From positions 3,038,001 to 3,102,000 of the forward strand of contig NC_135907.1 in the NCBI RefSeq assembly GCF_964194155.1: a DNA stretch of 64,000 nucleotides, in the 5' to 3' direction. This document shows, piece by piece, positions 14,500 through 27,601 of the stretch; within the stretch, counting starts at the first letter, position 1, and each line of letters opens with the position of its first letter. This stretch comes from Cetorhinus maximus. Its lineage: Eukaryota. Made by a program: the position numbers and the translations under genes. The notes under the pieces are model-generated. The model worked only from the letters and a program-made list of their open reading frames with translations. It was not told where the DNA came from and did not search any database.

Positions 14500-15060
14500 A
14501 AAGCACCAAATGCCCGGGGTCCATGACTGGCCCAATCCCGGGCTCTCTAGGCCTGTCAAGGCCCCGGATACAGAAGGCCCTTCATGTCCCTCCCCCCCCG
14601 CTCCTTTGATTGGCTCACAGCTGCGCCCTCTCCATTTTAATTGGTCAATTGCTTCTGTCACTCATCGTGCCGACATCCGGTGGCGTTTCCATCCACCTCA
14701 ATCGCCGCATTTTAGAAGGTTACAGGTTTAAATGCTCCGCATGCTCCCTTGGTAACGGGCCGGGTTCGGTGCCGGGGCGACCTGTACCTTTTTAACTTCA
14801 AAGCGCTTCTTGCCGCCGCTGTTGGTGGAACTCGGTGCGTCCACATCCATCGCCGTCGCCATTTTGTCTGATTGCGCCCGCCGGCCAATCAGCTATTAGC
14901 AGCTTGCGCATGGGCGTTTGTGGCGTGCGCGGGGGCGGGGCCGAGATTGAACACCGAGATTGCTCCCAACACCGTCACATGGCTCCGCCCCGCTGGTCTC
15001 AGAGCCCCGCCCTCAACCCCCCCCCCCCCCCCCCCCCCACACGACCCGACCCATCATAGC
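14500..15060 (-). promoter_or_regulatory. RBX1 CpG-island promoter/first exon region
   Basis: High CpG density; GC box ggggcgggg 14932-14940; CCAAT 14885-14889; YY1-type CGCCATTTTG 14857-14866 overlapping the start codon. Confidence 0.8.
14788..14862 (-). CDS. RBX1: RBX1 coding exon 1 (MATAMDVDAPSSTNSGGKKRFEVKK)
   Basis: ATG in AAAATGG context at 14862, donor AAG|gtacag; lies in a CpG island. Confidence 0.97.
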
Positions 15061-15289
15061 GCCATCTGCAGGTAGATTGCTGCCAGCTATTGGGATGCAA
15101 GGGAGGCCATTACATCATCTCCCTGCCTATAGGTTTTAGGCTCAGTCCAGGGAATCAATTTTTGTTTGTATTGTAAGGAATCCAAGCATTTTTACTTTGA
15201 GTTTGGGGGTCAGGTGTGATTATGACAGAGGTCAGGTGGATAATACAAGCGAGAACCAGACTGAATACAGAAGAAAAACAAATAAGAAA

Positions 15290-16830
15290 AGCAAAGAGAA
15301 AGTATGAAGCAAGACTGGCAGCCAATGCAAAAGGAAATCCAAGTTTTCTATGGGCATATAAATAGTAAAACCGCGCAAAAAGGATGAGTGGGGCCAGTTA
15401 GGAACCAAAGTGGGGATTTGCACATGGTTGAGGTGATGAATGATTTGCATCTGTCTTTACCAAGTAAGACGCTGCTGCCCATGGTCATGGTGAAAGAGGA
15501 GGTCGTTGAGGCACTTGGGAGGGTTTAAAGTTTATGAGGAGGTATCAGGTAGACTGTCTGTACTTAAAGTTGATAAGGCCCGAGATGCGTCCAAGGATAC
15601 TATAAGCGGAGTGAGAGGGGAAATTGCGGAGGCACTGGCCATAATTTTCCAATCTTAGACTTAAGAGAGGACTGGAGAATCCTAAATATTACTCCCTTGT
15701 TCAACAAAAGAAAAGCCCAGCAACTACAGGACAGTCAGTTTAACCTTGCTGGTGGGAAAGCTTCTGGAAACAATAAGACGAAAGCAAAATATTACGGATG
15801 TTGGAAACTTGAAAAGCAAAAAAAATGCTGGAAAAACTCGACTAGTTGGGCAGCATCTGTGGAGAGAGAAACAGAGTTAATGGGACAAAATCAACATCTC
15901 CTGGGAAAATGCAGGCTAATTAAGGAAAGTAGCATGAATTTCTTAAGGGAAAATCATGCTTAACTAACTTGAAGTTTTTTGCTAAGGTGACAGGAGGTTG
16001 ATGAGGGCAATGCTGTTGATGTGCTGTACATGGACTTCCAAAAGGCATTTGATAAAGTGCCACACAGCAGACTTCTGAGCAAAGTTATAGCTCATGGAAT
16101 AAAAGGGAAAGTAGCAACATGGATATGAAATTGGTTGAGTCATGATTAATGGTTGTTTTTCATACTGGAGGAAGACTTATAGTGGAGTTCCCCAGGAGTA
16201 GATTTTAGGACCCCCTGCTCTTGGGGGATATATATAAATGACCAAGACCTTAGTGTACAGGGCACAATTTCAAAAATTGTGGGCAATACAAAACTTGAAA
16301 GTATTGTCAACTATAAGGAGGACAGCTTAGAACTTCAAAAGGACATAGGTTGGTGGAATGGACAAGTGGCAGATGAAATTTAATGTAGTGTTAAGCGATT
16401 CATTTTGTTAGGAAGAATGCAGAGAGACAATATAAAAGAACAATTCTAAAGGGGGAGGGCAGGAGCAGAGGGACCTGGGCGTATACGTGCATAAATCATT
16501 GAAGGTGGCAGCTCAGGTTGAGAGAGCGGTTAATAAAGCATAGGCTTTATTAATAGGGGCATAGAGTACAAGAGCAAGGATGTTATGTTAAACCTGTGTA
16601 AAAAATGTTTCAGCCTCAACTGGAGTATTGCATCCAGTTCTGGGCACCACACTTTAGGAAAGTTGTGAAGGCACAAGAGAGAGTGTAGAAAAGAGTCACA
16701 CGAATGTTCCAAGGATGTGGAACTTCAGTTAGAATTCTAGAATTACACAATGTTTATGGCACAGAAAGAGGCTACTTGGCCCATTGTAGATGGAGGGCAC
16801 AGATTTAAAGTAATTAGCAAAAGAAGCCCT
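15290..16830 (+). mobile_element. Decayed CR1 LINE fragment with a nested Penelope-like short unit (~15778-15880)
   Basis: YMDFQKAFDKVPH-coding segment at ~16027-16065; LEYCIQFWAP-coding segment at ~16620. Confidence 0.85.
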
Positions 16831-18543
16831 TCATTGCCCTGTGTTCTTGATCCATTAAATATTCTTTATGTGTCACAATGATTACCTGAATTTGGAGAAG
16901 AGTTTGGTGTGTGAGAGTAAATAAGGTATATTTACCTCATAAAACAAATACAGCTGCTGAATACTATTCACTTTGCTCAACAACCCGGAAAGACAACTTT
17001 CAGTCTGTCCATTATGATATCCAACTCCAAATGACACTGAATTTTCAACTCCAGTGCCCTACTCTAACCCAACTGCCGATTGCCTGTTCTTCCTGATTTC
17101 CTGAATTAGTCCTGAAGACATTCTTCCTGATATATAACCTGGATTCGATTTTCACTAATTAAAATCGGTCCCCTTCGCTTTCTTTGCTGTTATCTGGGAA
17201 GTGGCTTAGGGTGCTGTTTTATATTTGTAAATGCAAGTGATTATTATTACTAATGAATTATTATAATAAAATAAGCCTTAGAAGTAGGGTTCTGCATTTA
17301 CCACCTTAATGTACAGCAAGGTGGCCCAAAGCTATTGCAAGGCAGAGAACTGGGTCATAGCGTCAAAACTCTATGCTTCACTGATATTCTGAAAGTGGTC
17401 AAAGAAGGGACCACTGCATTTGGAAGTATCTGGAACACCTCATGTGACACATGGAAGATCACCATGAGAACTTCAGTTTTCATACTGACAATTCTTCCTA
17501 GAATGTGTCATACGCTACTCAACAATAACTTCCATTTATATGGTGCCTTTAACCTAGTAAAAAACATCCCTCCACTCTTCAAAGGAGCATTGTCTGAGAG
17601 AAAATGCAAATAGTTATTAGGGAAGTTGTCCAAAAGCTTGGTCAAAGAGGTAGTTTTTAAGGAGTGACTTAATGAAGAGAGGAGAGAGGCAGAGAGGTTT
17701 AGGGAGGGAAATCCAGAGCTTAGGGCTTCAGTAGCTTTGAATAATACTTTGAACCAATTGGATAGCACTTTAAAAGAGATAGCACAATGGATCAAATGGC
17801 CTCCTTCTGACTTATAAAATGCGAATCAGGTTGACCAGGCCTCATCAATTAAAATCAAATTAACAAGGGGGTCCTCTTTTTAAAGGAACACAAACAACAG
17901 ACCCAATTCCCAGAGGAACCTTATCAAATTGAAGCACAATGTTGTTCCCAGTGTCCAAAATGGATGCCAGCCTCTTGTGCCCACCAACTGAGAAAGGGAT
18001 GATCTCCTCCTGCGCTGTAAGATTTTATTATTAACCTGAGACTGCGCAGTAACTAATACTAAAACAAAATCAGTTTCAAACATCGGGCAGCCTTACACAC
18101 TACGCTATGAAATGCAGCATATTCATGCTCACCCAGAACACCGTGCAACTTGCTGCAATTCTCAGGATGCTCAGGGTGCGGTAATGGTAACTACCCCACA
18201 CAGAACAGTTGGCCAACTATAGTGAGGGCATAGATAAAACAATAAACCGATTGCTGGAGGTATGAAATAAAACCAGATAATCCCTGTTAGAACTTAAAAG
18301 GGCTGTGATGAATCCTGAATCATTAAACACTTTTCTCTCTTACAGAGGCCGTAGAATTCCAACTTTTCTTCATGTTTATTTGTGAAGGAGAATAAATAGA
18401 ATTTCAGAATGACAAGCGAAAGATAAACTGAAGAACAAGGAGGAAGAGAAGGGATGATGTGTTGCTCCGATGAGCAGCTCCAAAGTGCGTGTTCAGTCGC
18501 ACAATTCCAAGTTCCAGGCTTCAAAAGCATTATTGCCGGGAGG

Positions 18544-19511
18544 GGTTATGGCAGCAGACTCTAGACACATCCCTGTGAGGAGGGAAGGGATATTAATGTG
18601 TATAATGTTATTGGAAATTATTTAAAATAGAATTCTATTGGGGGTCTGTGTCTAGATGTGTGTCTTAATTGGATTAAAGACAACTAGTCTGGGTGCTTTG
18701 ATGCGTAGTAGTTTTGAGATTAATTGGATGAACAGTAAGGTAAAGGGTTAATTTGCATTTGTTGAATAAACCATTCAAGACCGCGAGTAAAATCTTGCGC
18801 CTAGCTAGAAGAAGCCAAACAACGTTTATTTTTTTCAGCTTACTAATAAAATTGGTGTAATGAAAGGGGTTTTATTGTTAGAAGACCTGGTGATACAATG
18901 GAAAATTTACATTCAAAGGGAAAGCTAGGTATATCAAGAAAGGAGTTTGTGTAAGGTGGAGGCATTTAAGACCTAACCAGCCTGTATGCCCCAACCAACT
19001 TGCAAAGGAACCTCATTTGAAATTCATAAGGTTAAATGTGGAGGAGGTGTCAGCTGTGGCTCAGTCCATAGCACCCTCGCCTTTGAATCAGAGGGTTGTG
19101 GGTTCATGTCCCACTCCCGGAAACCAAGAACTGTGATTGTACTCGAAAGAGTTGCAATCTGTGACTGTTGATAACTCATAAGGTTAAATGTGCTTTGCCT
19201 GGTGACTATTTAAAGTCTATGGGTTACTGTTGCCTTAGTGGAGATTTACCTTGGGGTGATTAATTTGGGGATTTGTTAAAAAGTTATTTTAGTAGTAGTT
19301 TATCTTCATATGTATGTGTTTAATTTGTTGTTAAATTAATAAATGTTTAACTTAATTTTATATGAAAACCACGAGACTCGGTGGTCTTATTCCTACTGAA
19401 TTCAAAGCCTGCATCTTGAAGTTACAAATTGCAAAAATGGATTAACAGTTGTTTCAAGTTTCCCTCTGGGATTTGAACAACTCAGCCTTTACCATCGGCT
19501 ATGCCATAATA
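18544..19511 (+). mobile_element. Possible solo LTR
   Basis: Inverted termini (g)gttatggca...tgccataat(a) resemble decayed TGTTATGGCA...TGCCATAACA; internal AATAAA ~19338; TSD not evident. Confidence 0.4.
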
Positions 19512-19964
19512 GTGATCAAAAGAGTTACCTCAGGTCTGCTGTCCCACATGTCAGCAGCGCTGCTGAAGGTGCCAGTCACTCCTCCATCCCCCAAGTTAAA
19601 CATGGAGGGAAAACAAGAAGGGGGAGGGGACAAATTTACTTTAAGAAGTTGGACTTCACCTCCATTTAACAAAAGGAAAGCAATAAATGAAACATTAAAA
19701 AAAATCACTGGAATTTAATGTTTTGTGCCATTGTTTCGAACAAACTTTATCAATACAGCTTATAAAAGTACAATTCACAAGTAACGACTGAGGTCGGTAT
19801 GATTAGGGACATCACGGTACATTTCCTGTGCTTAAGAATCCCAATCTTGATTAACAATTTACTGAAATGAAAATTTGCATAAAAATTCAATTATTCAGTG
19901 AAAATTATATAACTGATCCACTGACGTCCGTGTGTTTCAGACATAAGCTGACATAGAGGCTGAC

Positions 19965-22900
19965 ACGCCGACGTCCGAGCGGGTCTGACTGATACGCTGA
20001 CGTACGGGTGTGTCAGACAGACACTGACGTACGGGTGTGTCAGACAGACACTGACGTACGGTGTGTCAGACCGATACACTGACGTACGGGTGTGTCAGAC
20101 AGACGCTGACGTACAGGTGTGTCAGACTGATACGCTGACGTACGGGTGTGTCAGACAGACACTGACGTACGGGTGTGTCAGTCCGATACGCTGACGTATG
20201 GGTGTGTCAGTCCGATACGCTGACGTACGGGTGTGTCAGACCGATACACTGACGTACGGGTGTGTCAGACAGACGCTGACGTACGGGTGTGTCAGACTGA
20301 TACGCTGACGTACGGGTGTGTCAGACCGATACGCTGACGTATGGGTGTGTCAGACCGATACGCTGACATACAGGTGTGTCAGACAGACGCTGACGTACGG
20401 GTGTGTCAGACTGATACGCTGACGTACGGGTGTGTCAGACACTGACGTACGGGTGTGTCAGACAGACGCTGACGTACGGGTGTGTCAGACTGATACGCTG
20501 ACATACGGGTGTGTCAGACAGACACTGACGTACGGGTGTGTCAGTCCGATACGCTGACGTATGGGTGTGTCAGACCGATACGCTGACATACAGGTGTGTC
20601 AGACAGACGCTGACGTACGGGTGTGTCAGACTGATACGCTGACGTACGGGTGTGTCAGACCGATACGCTGACGTATGGGTGTGTCAGACCGATACGCTGA
20701 CATACAGGTGTGTCAGACAGACGCTGACGTACGGGTGTGTCAGACTGATACGCTGACGTACGGGTGTGTCAGACAGATGCTGACGTACAGGTGTGTCAGA
20801 CAGACGCTGACGTATGGGTGTGTCAGACTGATACGCTGACATACGGGTGTGTCAGACAGACGCTGACGTACGGGTGTGTCAGACAGACGCTGACGTACGG
20901 GTGTGTCAGACAGACGCTGACGTACAGGTGTGTCAGACTGATACGCTGACATACGGGTGTGTCAGACCGATACGCTGACATACGGGTGTGTCAGACAGAC
21001 ACTGACGTACGGGTGCGTCAGACAGACACTGACGTACGGGTGTGTCAGACAGACACTGACGTACGGGTGTGTCAGTCCGATACCCTGACGTACGGGTGTG
21101 TCAGACAGACGCTGACGTACGGGTGTGTCAGTCCGATACCCTGACGTACGGGTGTGTCAGACCGATACGCTGACGTACGGGTGTGTCAGACAGACGCTGA
21201 CGTACGGGTGTGTCAGACAGACACTGACGTACAGGTGTGTCAGACAGACGCTGACGTACGGGTGTGTCAGACAGACGCTGACGTACGGGTGTGTCAGTCC
21301 GATACCCTGACGTACGGGTGTGTCAAACAGACGCTGACGTACGGGTGTGTCAGACAGACGCTGACGTACGGGTGTGTCAGTCCGATACCCTGACGTACGG
21401 GTGTGTCAAACAGACGCTGACGTACGGGTGTGTCAGTCCGATACCCTGACGTACGGTGTGTCAGACAGACACTGACGTACGGGTGTGTCAGACCGATACG
21501 CTGACGTATGGGTGTGTCAGACAGACGCTGACATACAGGTGTGTCAGACAGACACTGACATACGGGTGTGTCAGTCCGATACCCTGACGTACGGGTGTGT
21601 CAGTCCGATACCCTGACGTACGGGTGTGTCAGACAGACACTGACGTACGGGTGTGTCAGACAGACGCTGACGTACGGGTGTGTCAGACCGATACGCTGAC
21701 GTACGGGTGTGTCAGACAGACACTGACGTACGGGTGTGTCAGACAGACGCTGACGTACAGGTGTGTCAGACCGATACGCTGACGTATGGGTGTGTCAGAC
21801 AGACACTGACGTATGGGTGTGTCAGACCGATACGCTGACGTACGGGTGTGTCAGACCGATACCCTGACGTACGGGTGTGTCAGACAGACGCTGACGTACG
21901 GGTGTGTCAGACAGACGCTGACGTACGGGTGTGTCAGACAGACGCTGACGTACGGGTGTGTCAGACAGACGCTGATGTATGGGTGTGTCAGACCGATACG
22001 CTGACGTACGGGTGTGTCAGACAGACGCTGACGTACGGGTGTGTCAGACAGACACTGACGTACGGGTGTGTCAGACCGATACCCTGACGTACGGGTGTGT
22101 CAGACAGACGCTGACGTACGGGTGTGTCAGACAGACACTGAAGTACGGGTGTGTCAGACACTGACGTACGGTGTGTCAGACACTGACGTACGGGTGTGTC
22201 AGACCGATACGCTGACGTACGGGTGTGTCAGACAGACGCTGACGTACGGGTGTGTCAGACGCTGACGTACGGGTGTGTCAGACCGATGCACTGACGTACG
22301 GGTATGTCAGACAGATACGCTGACGTACGGGTGTGTCAGACAGACACTGACGTACGGGTGTGTCAGACACTGACGTACGGTGTGTCAGACACTGACGTAC
22401 GGGTGTGTCAGACAGACACTGACGTACGGGTGTGTCAGACACTGACGTACGGTGTGTCAGACACTGACGTACGGGTGTGTCAGACCGATACGCTGACGTA
22501 CGGGTGTGTCAGACAGACGCTGACGTAAGGGTGTGTCAGACCGATGCACTGACGTACGGGTGTGTCAGACCGATGCACTGACGTACGGGTGTGTCAGACC
22601 GATGCACTGACGTACGGGTGTGTCAGACCGATAGGCTGACGTACGGGTGTGTCAGACAGACGCTGACGTACGGGTGTGTCAGACCGATACGCTGACGTAC
22701 GGGTGTGTCAGACCGATACGCTGACGTACGGGTGTCAGACAGACGCTGACGTATGGGTGTGTCAGACAGACGCTGACGTACGGGTGTGTCAGACAGACGC
22801 TGACGTACGGGTGTGTCAGACCGATGCACTGACGTACAGGTGTGTCAGACAGATGATGACGTACGGGTGTGTCAGATAGACGCTGACGTACAGGTGTGTC

Positions 22901-23380
22901 AGACCGATGCACTGACGTACGGGTGTGTCAGACAGATGCTGACGTACGGGTGTGTCAGACAGACGCTGACGTACGGGTGTGTCAGACCGATGCACTGACG
23001 TACGGGTGTGTCAGACCGATGCACTGACGTACGGGTGTGTCAGACAGACGCTGACGTACGGGTGTGTCAGACTGATGCACTGACGTACAGGTGTGTCAGA
23101 CAGACGCTGACGTACGGGTGTGTCAGACAGACGCTGACGTACGGGTGTGTCAGACCGATGCACTGACGTACGGGTGTGTCAGACAGACGCTGATGTCTGG
23201 GTGTGTCAGACCGATACGCTGACGTATGGGTGTGTCAGACAGACGCTGATGTCTGGGTGCGTCAGACTGATGCAGTGATGCACGAGAGTGTCAGACTGAT
23301 ATTACAGGTATACGAGTGAGTCCGACTGATAGAGTGATGTAAGAGTGTCAGGCTGTTATTACAGGTAAAGGTTTGTCAGA
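19965..23380. repeat. CpG-rich minisatellite, ~120 units of 23/27/29 bp (ctgacgtacgggtgtgtcag + acagacg / accgatacg / aca)
   Basis: Directly visible tandem array with degenerate edges. Confidence 0.97.
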
Positions 23381-23647
23381 CCAAGGTTCAATTTAAACAT
23401 TTGAGACACTCAGATGTGTATGGGTACAGATTGCAATGGGCAATACCCCACATTGCTTCTAAAGCTGATTATAAAAACAGAACCTCCCTCTCCTCCTGAA
23501 AGCATGATTTACATCAATCCCCTGCTGGAGGCTACTCTTTGGCACCCAATCCGATTGGCCCTTCTGCACAACTGGAGAGTTGTACAGGGCTATTCATTTA
23601 GAAAGGCATCACAACTCTGCCTGATCCTGGTCTCAGCGACATACCAG

Positions 23648-23798
23648 CAACGTTCCCTGTGAGCTGCAGGGCCGCACAGGAATCTGCTGCGCAAGGAACA
23701 AACAGGCTGCAGGCAAACAACATTCCCCCTGAGGTTCACATCAATCTCAGTGCAACAAGCCGGCTGCACATGTCAAACAGAAGTTAGAGGGAACATTG
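23648..23798. mobile_element. ~150-bp MITE-like element
   Basis: Imperfect TIRs caacgttccctgtgag / ttagagggaacattg; no convincing TSD. Confidence 0.45.
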
Positions 23799-24250
23799 TT
23801 CATAAGGTGTTGATCCAGAGGGGAAATCCTAATTGACTTTTTCTTCTCCAGCCCAGTGGTGTTGCTGCCAAATCGAACGACCTTACAGTAGCTCTACGAT
23901 ATGATACAGCTAACTCTCTGAACTGACGCTTCCAGTTGGTACAGTTCAGCACCATACCCAATGTTTCATTAACACACAAAGCCACTGGAGGGGTTTAACA
24001 GGTGAGGTCAGACACTAGCTGTATAAATGCCAAAATAAGAAATGAGAATTCTTACTCAAATGAGAAACAAATGTTTGGAGTGAGTTACCGCCCTGTGCAG
24101 ATTCAAAACAAATGTTCCAAGGGGAAATGAATGAGTTCCTAACCACAGCTGATATCAGTGTAAATATAGGTGGGGTATTGCCACATAGTAACCATGGCCT
24201 CCCAGAAACCATATCAATCACCCTCAGAAGTCAGAGAGGAGTTTCCCATA

Positions 24251-24256
24251 TTTATT
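24251..24256 (-). terminator. Candidate XPNPEP3 polyadenylation signal AATAAA
   Basis: tttatt on + strand ~400 nt past the stop codon; usage not verifiable from sequence. Confidence 0.4.
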
Positions 24257-24657
24257 TCCCCTGAGTTCACTGTGGGATTTTTGTCACACGGTTAAGCTAA
24301 CTGTTATTAGGGATAAAAATGCTCAGTTATCCCGGATAACTGTGTCCAGGATGTGGGGGACAAGCTCGATGCATCAGCAGGTCCATCATTTTAATTTTAA
24401 TGAATGTCCTCAAGTGTTGTTCCTGTGTCTGGCGCTCCACTTCCTGCTATATAATCCTCAGTCCTGAAGGACGGATAAATACTACTATGGGTTTTACACA
24501 TCTTGACAGGCGGGTAAGCTGCAGCACGGTGGCATGGGTAGCTGCCATGCAGAGCTACCAGTCAATGAATGGAGATGCAGGATTCACTTGTGATCTCCTC
24601 TATCACTTGCAGCATCTCGTTATAAGTTTCTGAGGGATCCAGTACAAGGGCTGTTTG

Positions 24658-24821
24658 TTAATGGTGGGCCCAGATCTGTCCTAATTCAATCAATTCCTTG
24701 GGGCAGTCGGCTGAAAGAATGACCGGCCCCTCTTCTGTTATCAGAACATCATCCTCAATTCGAATTCCCATTCCACGGAATCTTTGCGGAGCTGATGTGT
24801 CATCTTCCGGGATGTATATTC
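24658..24821 (-). CDS. XPNPEP3: XPNPEP3 exon 10 ([53 protein letters not shown])
   Basis: ctgcag| acceptor; GIRIEDD motif; TAA at 24658-24660. Confidence 0.97.
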
Positions 24822-24898
24822 CTGCAGTGGAAAGAATGATCCCAAAAGCAAATTTACCAGAGGCACGGCGAAGGTCAAGGCTTGAAGTGAAATAGTCA

Positions 24899-27601
24899 TT
24901 GATGGTTGGTGGTGGGGTGCGGGAGGGTTGACGGTTGGTGGTGCGGTGTGGGTGGTGTTGACGGTTGATGGTTGGGGTGCGGGAAGGTTGACGGTTGGTG
25001 GTGGGGTGCGGGTGGGGTTGATGGTTGGTGGTGAGGTGCGGGAGGGTTGACGGTTGGTGGTGGGGTGCGGGTGGGGTTGATGGTTGGTGGTGGGGTGCGG
25101 GAGGGTTGACCGTTGGTGGTGGGGTGCAGGAAGGTTGACGGTTGGGTGCGGGAGGGTTGATGGTGGTGCGGTGCGGGAGGGTTGACGGTTGGTGGTGGGG
25201 TGCGGGTGGGGTTGATGGTTGGTGGTGGGGTGCGGGAGGGTTGACGGTTGGTGGTGGGGTGCAGGAGGGTTGACGGTTGGTGGTGGGGTGCGGGAGGGTT
25301 GACGGTTGGTGGTGGGGTGCGGGAGGGTTGACGGTTGGTGGTGGGGTGCGGTGGGGTTGACGGTTGGCGGTGGGGTGCAGTAGGGTTGATGGTTGGTGGT
25401 GGGGTGCGGGAGGGTTGGTGGTGCGGTGTGGTGGGGTTGAAGGTTGGCGGTGGGGTGCGGGAGGGTTGATGGTTGGTGGTGGGGTGGGGTGCGGTGGGGT
25501 TGACGGTTGGTGGTGGGGTGCGGGAGGGTTGACGGTTGGGTGCGGGAGGGTTGATGGTTGGTGGTGGGGTGCGGGAGGGTTGACGGTTGGTGGTGGGGTG
25601 CGGGAGGGTTGACGGTTGGTGGTGGGGTGCGGGTGGGGTTGACGGTTGGTGGTGGGGTGCGGGAGGGTTGACGGTTGGTGGTGGGGTGCGGGAGGGTTGA
25701 CGGTTGGTGGTGGGGTGCGGAAGGGTTGACGGTTGGTGGTGGGGTGCGGGAGGGTTGACGGTTGGTGGTGGGGTGCGGGTGGGGTTGACGGTTGGTGGTG
25801 GGGTGCGGGAGGGTTGACGGTTGGTGGTGGGGTGCGGGTGGGGTTGATGGTGGGGTGCGGGAGGGTTGACGGTTGGTGGTGGGGTGCGGGAGGGTTGACG
25901 GTTGGTGGCGGGGTGGGGGAGGGTTGACGGTTGGTGGTAGGGTTGACAGTTGGTGGTGGGGTATGGGAGGGTTGATGGTTGGTGGTGGGGTGCGGGAGGG
26001 TTGATGGTTGGTGGTGGGATGCGGGAGGGTTGTTGGTGGTTGGGTGCGGGAGGGTTGATGGTTGGTGGTGGGGTGCGGGAGGGTTGACGGTTGGTGGTGG
26101 GGTGCGGTGGGGTTGACGGTGGGGTGCAGTAGGGTTGATGGTTGGTGGTGGGGTGCGGGAGGGTTGGTGGTTGGCGGTGGGGTTGAAGGTTGGCGGTGGG
26201 GTGCGGGAGGGTTGATGGTTGGTGGTGGGGTGCGGTGGGGTTGACGGTTGGTGGTGGGGTGCGGGAGGGTTGGTGGTTGGGTGCGGGAGGGTTGATGGTT
26301 GGTGGTGGGGTGCGGGAGGGTTGACGGTTGGTGGTGGGGTGCGGGAGGGTTGACGGTTGGTGGTGGGGTGCGGGAGGGTTGACGGTTGGTGGTGGGGTGC
26401 AGGTGGGGTTGACGGTTGGTGGTGGGGTGTGGGAGGGTTGACGGTTGGTGGTGGGGTGCGGGTGGGGTTGACGGTTGGTGGTGGGGTGCGGGTGGGGTTG
26501 ACGGTTGGTGGTGGGGTGCGGGAGGGTTGACGGTTGGTGGTGGGGTGCGGGAGGGTTGACGGTTGGCGGTGGGGTGCGAGAGGGTTGACGGTTGGCGGTG
26601 GGGTGCGGGAGGGTTGACGGTTGGCGGTGGGGTGCGGGAGGGTTGACGGTTGGCGGTGGGGTGCGGGAGGGTTGACGGTTGGGTGTGGGAGGGTTGACGG
26701 TTGGCGGTGGGGTGCGGGAGGGGTTGACGGTTGGTGGTGGGGTGCGGGAGGGTTGACGGTTGGTGGTGGGGTGCGGGAGGGTTGACGGTTGGTGGTGGGG
26801 TGCGGGTAGGGTTGACGGTTGGCGGTGGGGTGCGGGAGGGTTGACGGTTGGTGGTGGGGTGCGGGAGGGTTGACGGTTGGTGGTGGGGTGCGGGTGGGGT
26901 TGACGGTTGGCGGTGGGGTGCGGGAGGGTTGACGGTTGGCGGTGGGGTGCGGGAGGGTTGACGGTTGGCGGTGGGGTGCGGGAGGGTTGACGGTTGGCGG
27001 TGGGGTGCGGGAGGGTTGATGGTTGGCGGTGGGGTGCGAGAGGGTTGATGGTTGGCGGTGGGGTGCGGGAGGGTTGATGGTTGGCGGTGGGGTGCGGGAG
27101 GGTTGACGGTTGGTGGTGGGGTGCGGGAGGGTTGACGGTTGGTGGTGGGGTGCAGGTGGGGTTGACGGTTGGCGGTGGGGTGCGGGAGGGTTGACGGTTG
27201 GCGGTGGGGTGCGGGAGGGTTGATGGTTGGCGGTGGGGTGCGGGAGGGTTGATGGTTGACGGTTGGCGGTGGGGTGCGGGAGGGTTGACGGTTGGCGGTG
27301 GGGTGCGGGAGGGTTGACGGTTGGCGGTGGGGTGCGGGAGGGTTGACGGTTGGCGGTGCGGGAGGGTTGATGGTTGGCGGTGGGGTGCGGGAGGGTTGAT
27401 GGTTGGCGGTGGGGTGCGGGAGGGTTGATGGTTGGCGGTGGGGTGCGAGAGGGTTGATTGGCGGTGGGGTGCGGGAGGGTTGATGGTTGGCGGTGGGGTG
27501 TGAGAGGGTTGATTGGCGGTGGGGTGCGGGAGGGTTGACGGTTGGCGGTGGGGTGCGGGAGAGTTGGCGGTTGGTGGTGGGGTGCGGGAGGGTTGGTTGG
27601 T
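24899..27601. repeat. G-rich minisatellite, 29-bp unit ggttggtggtggggtgcgggagggttgac (~90 copies), in XPNPEP3 intron 9
   Basis: Directly visible tandem array; source of the spurious 974-aa ORF. Confidence 0.97.

Noticed and set aside
19965-23380. CRISPR-like appearance (palindromic repeat with variable linkers)
   Set aside because: Linkers are only 3-9 bp and recur rather than being unique spacers; no cas genes; vertebrate context
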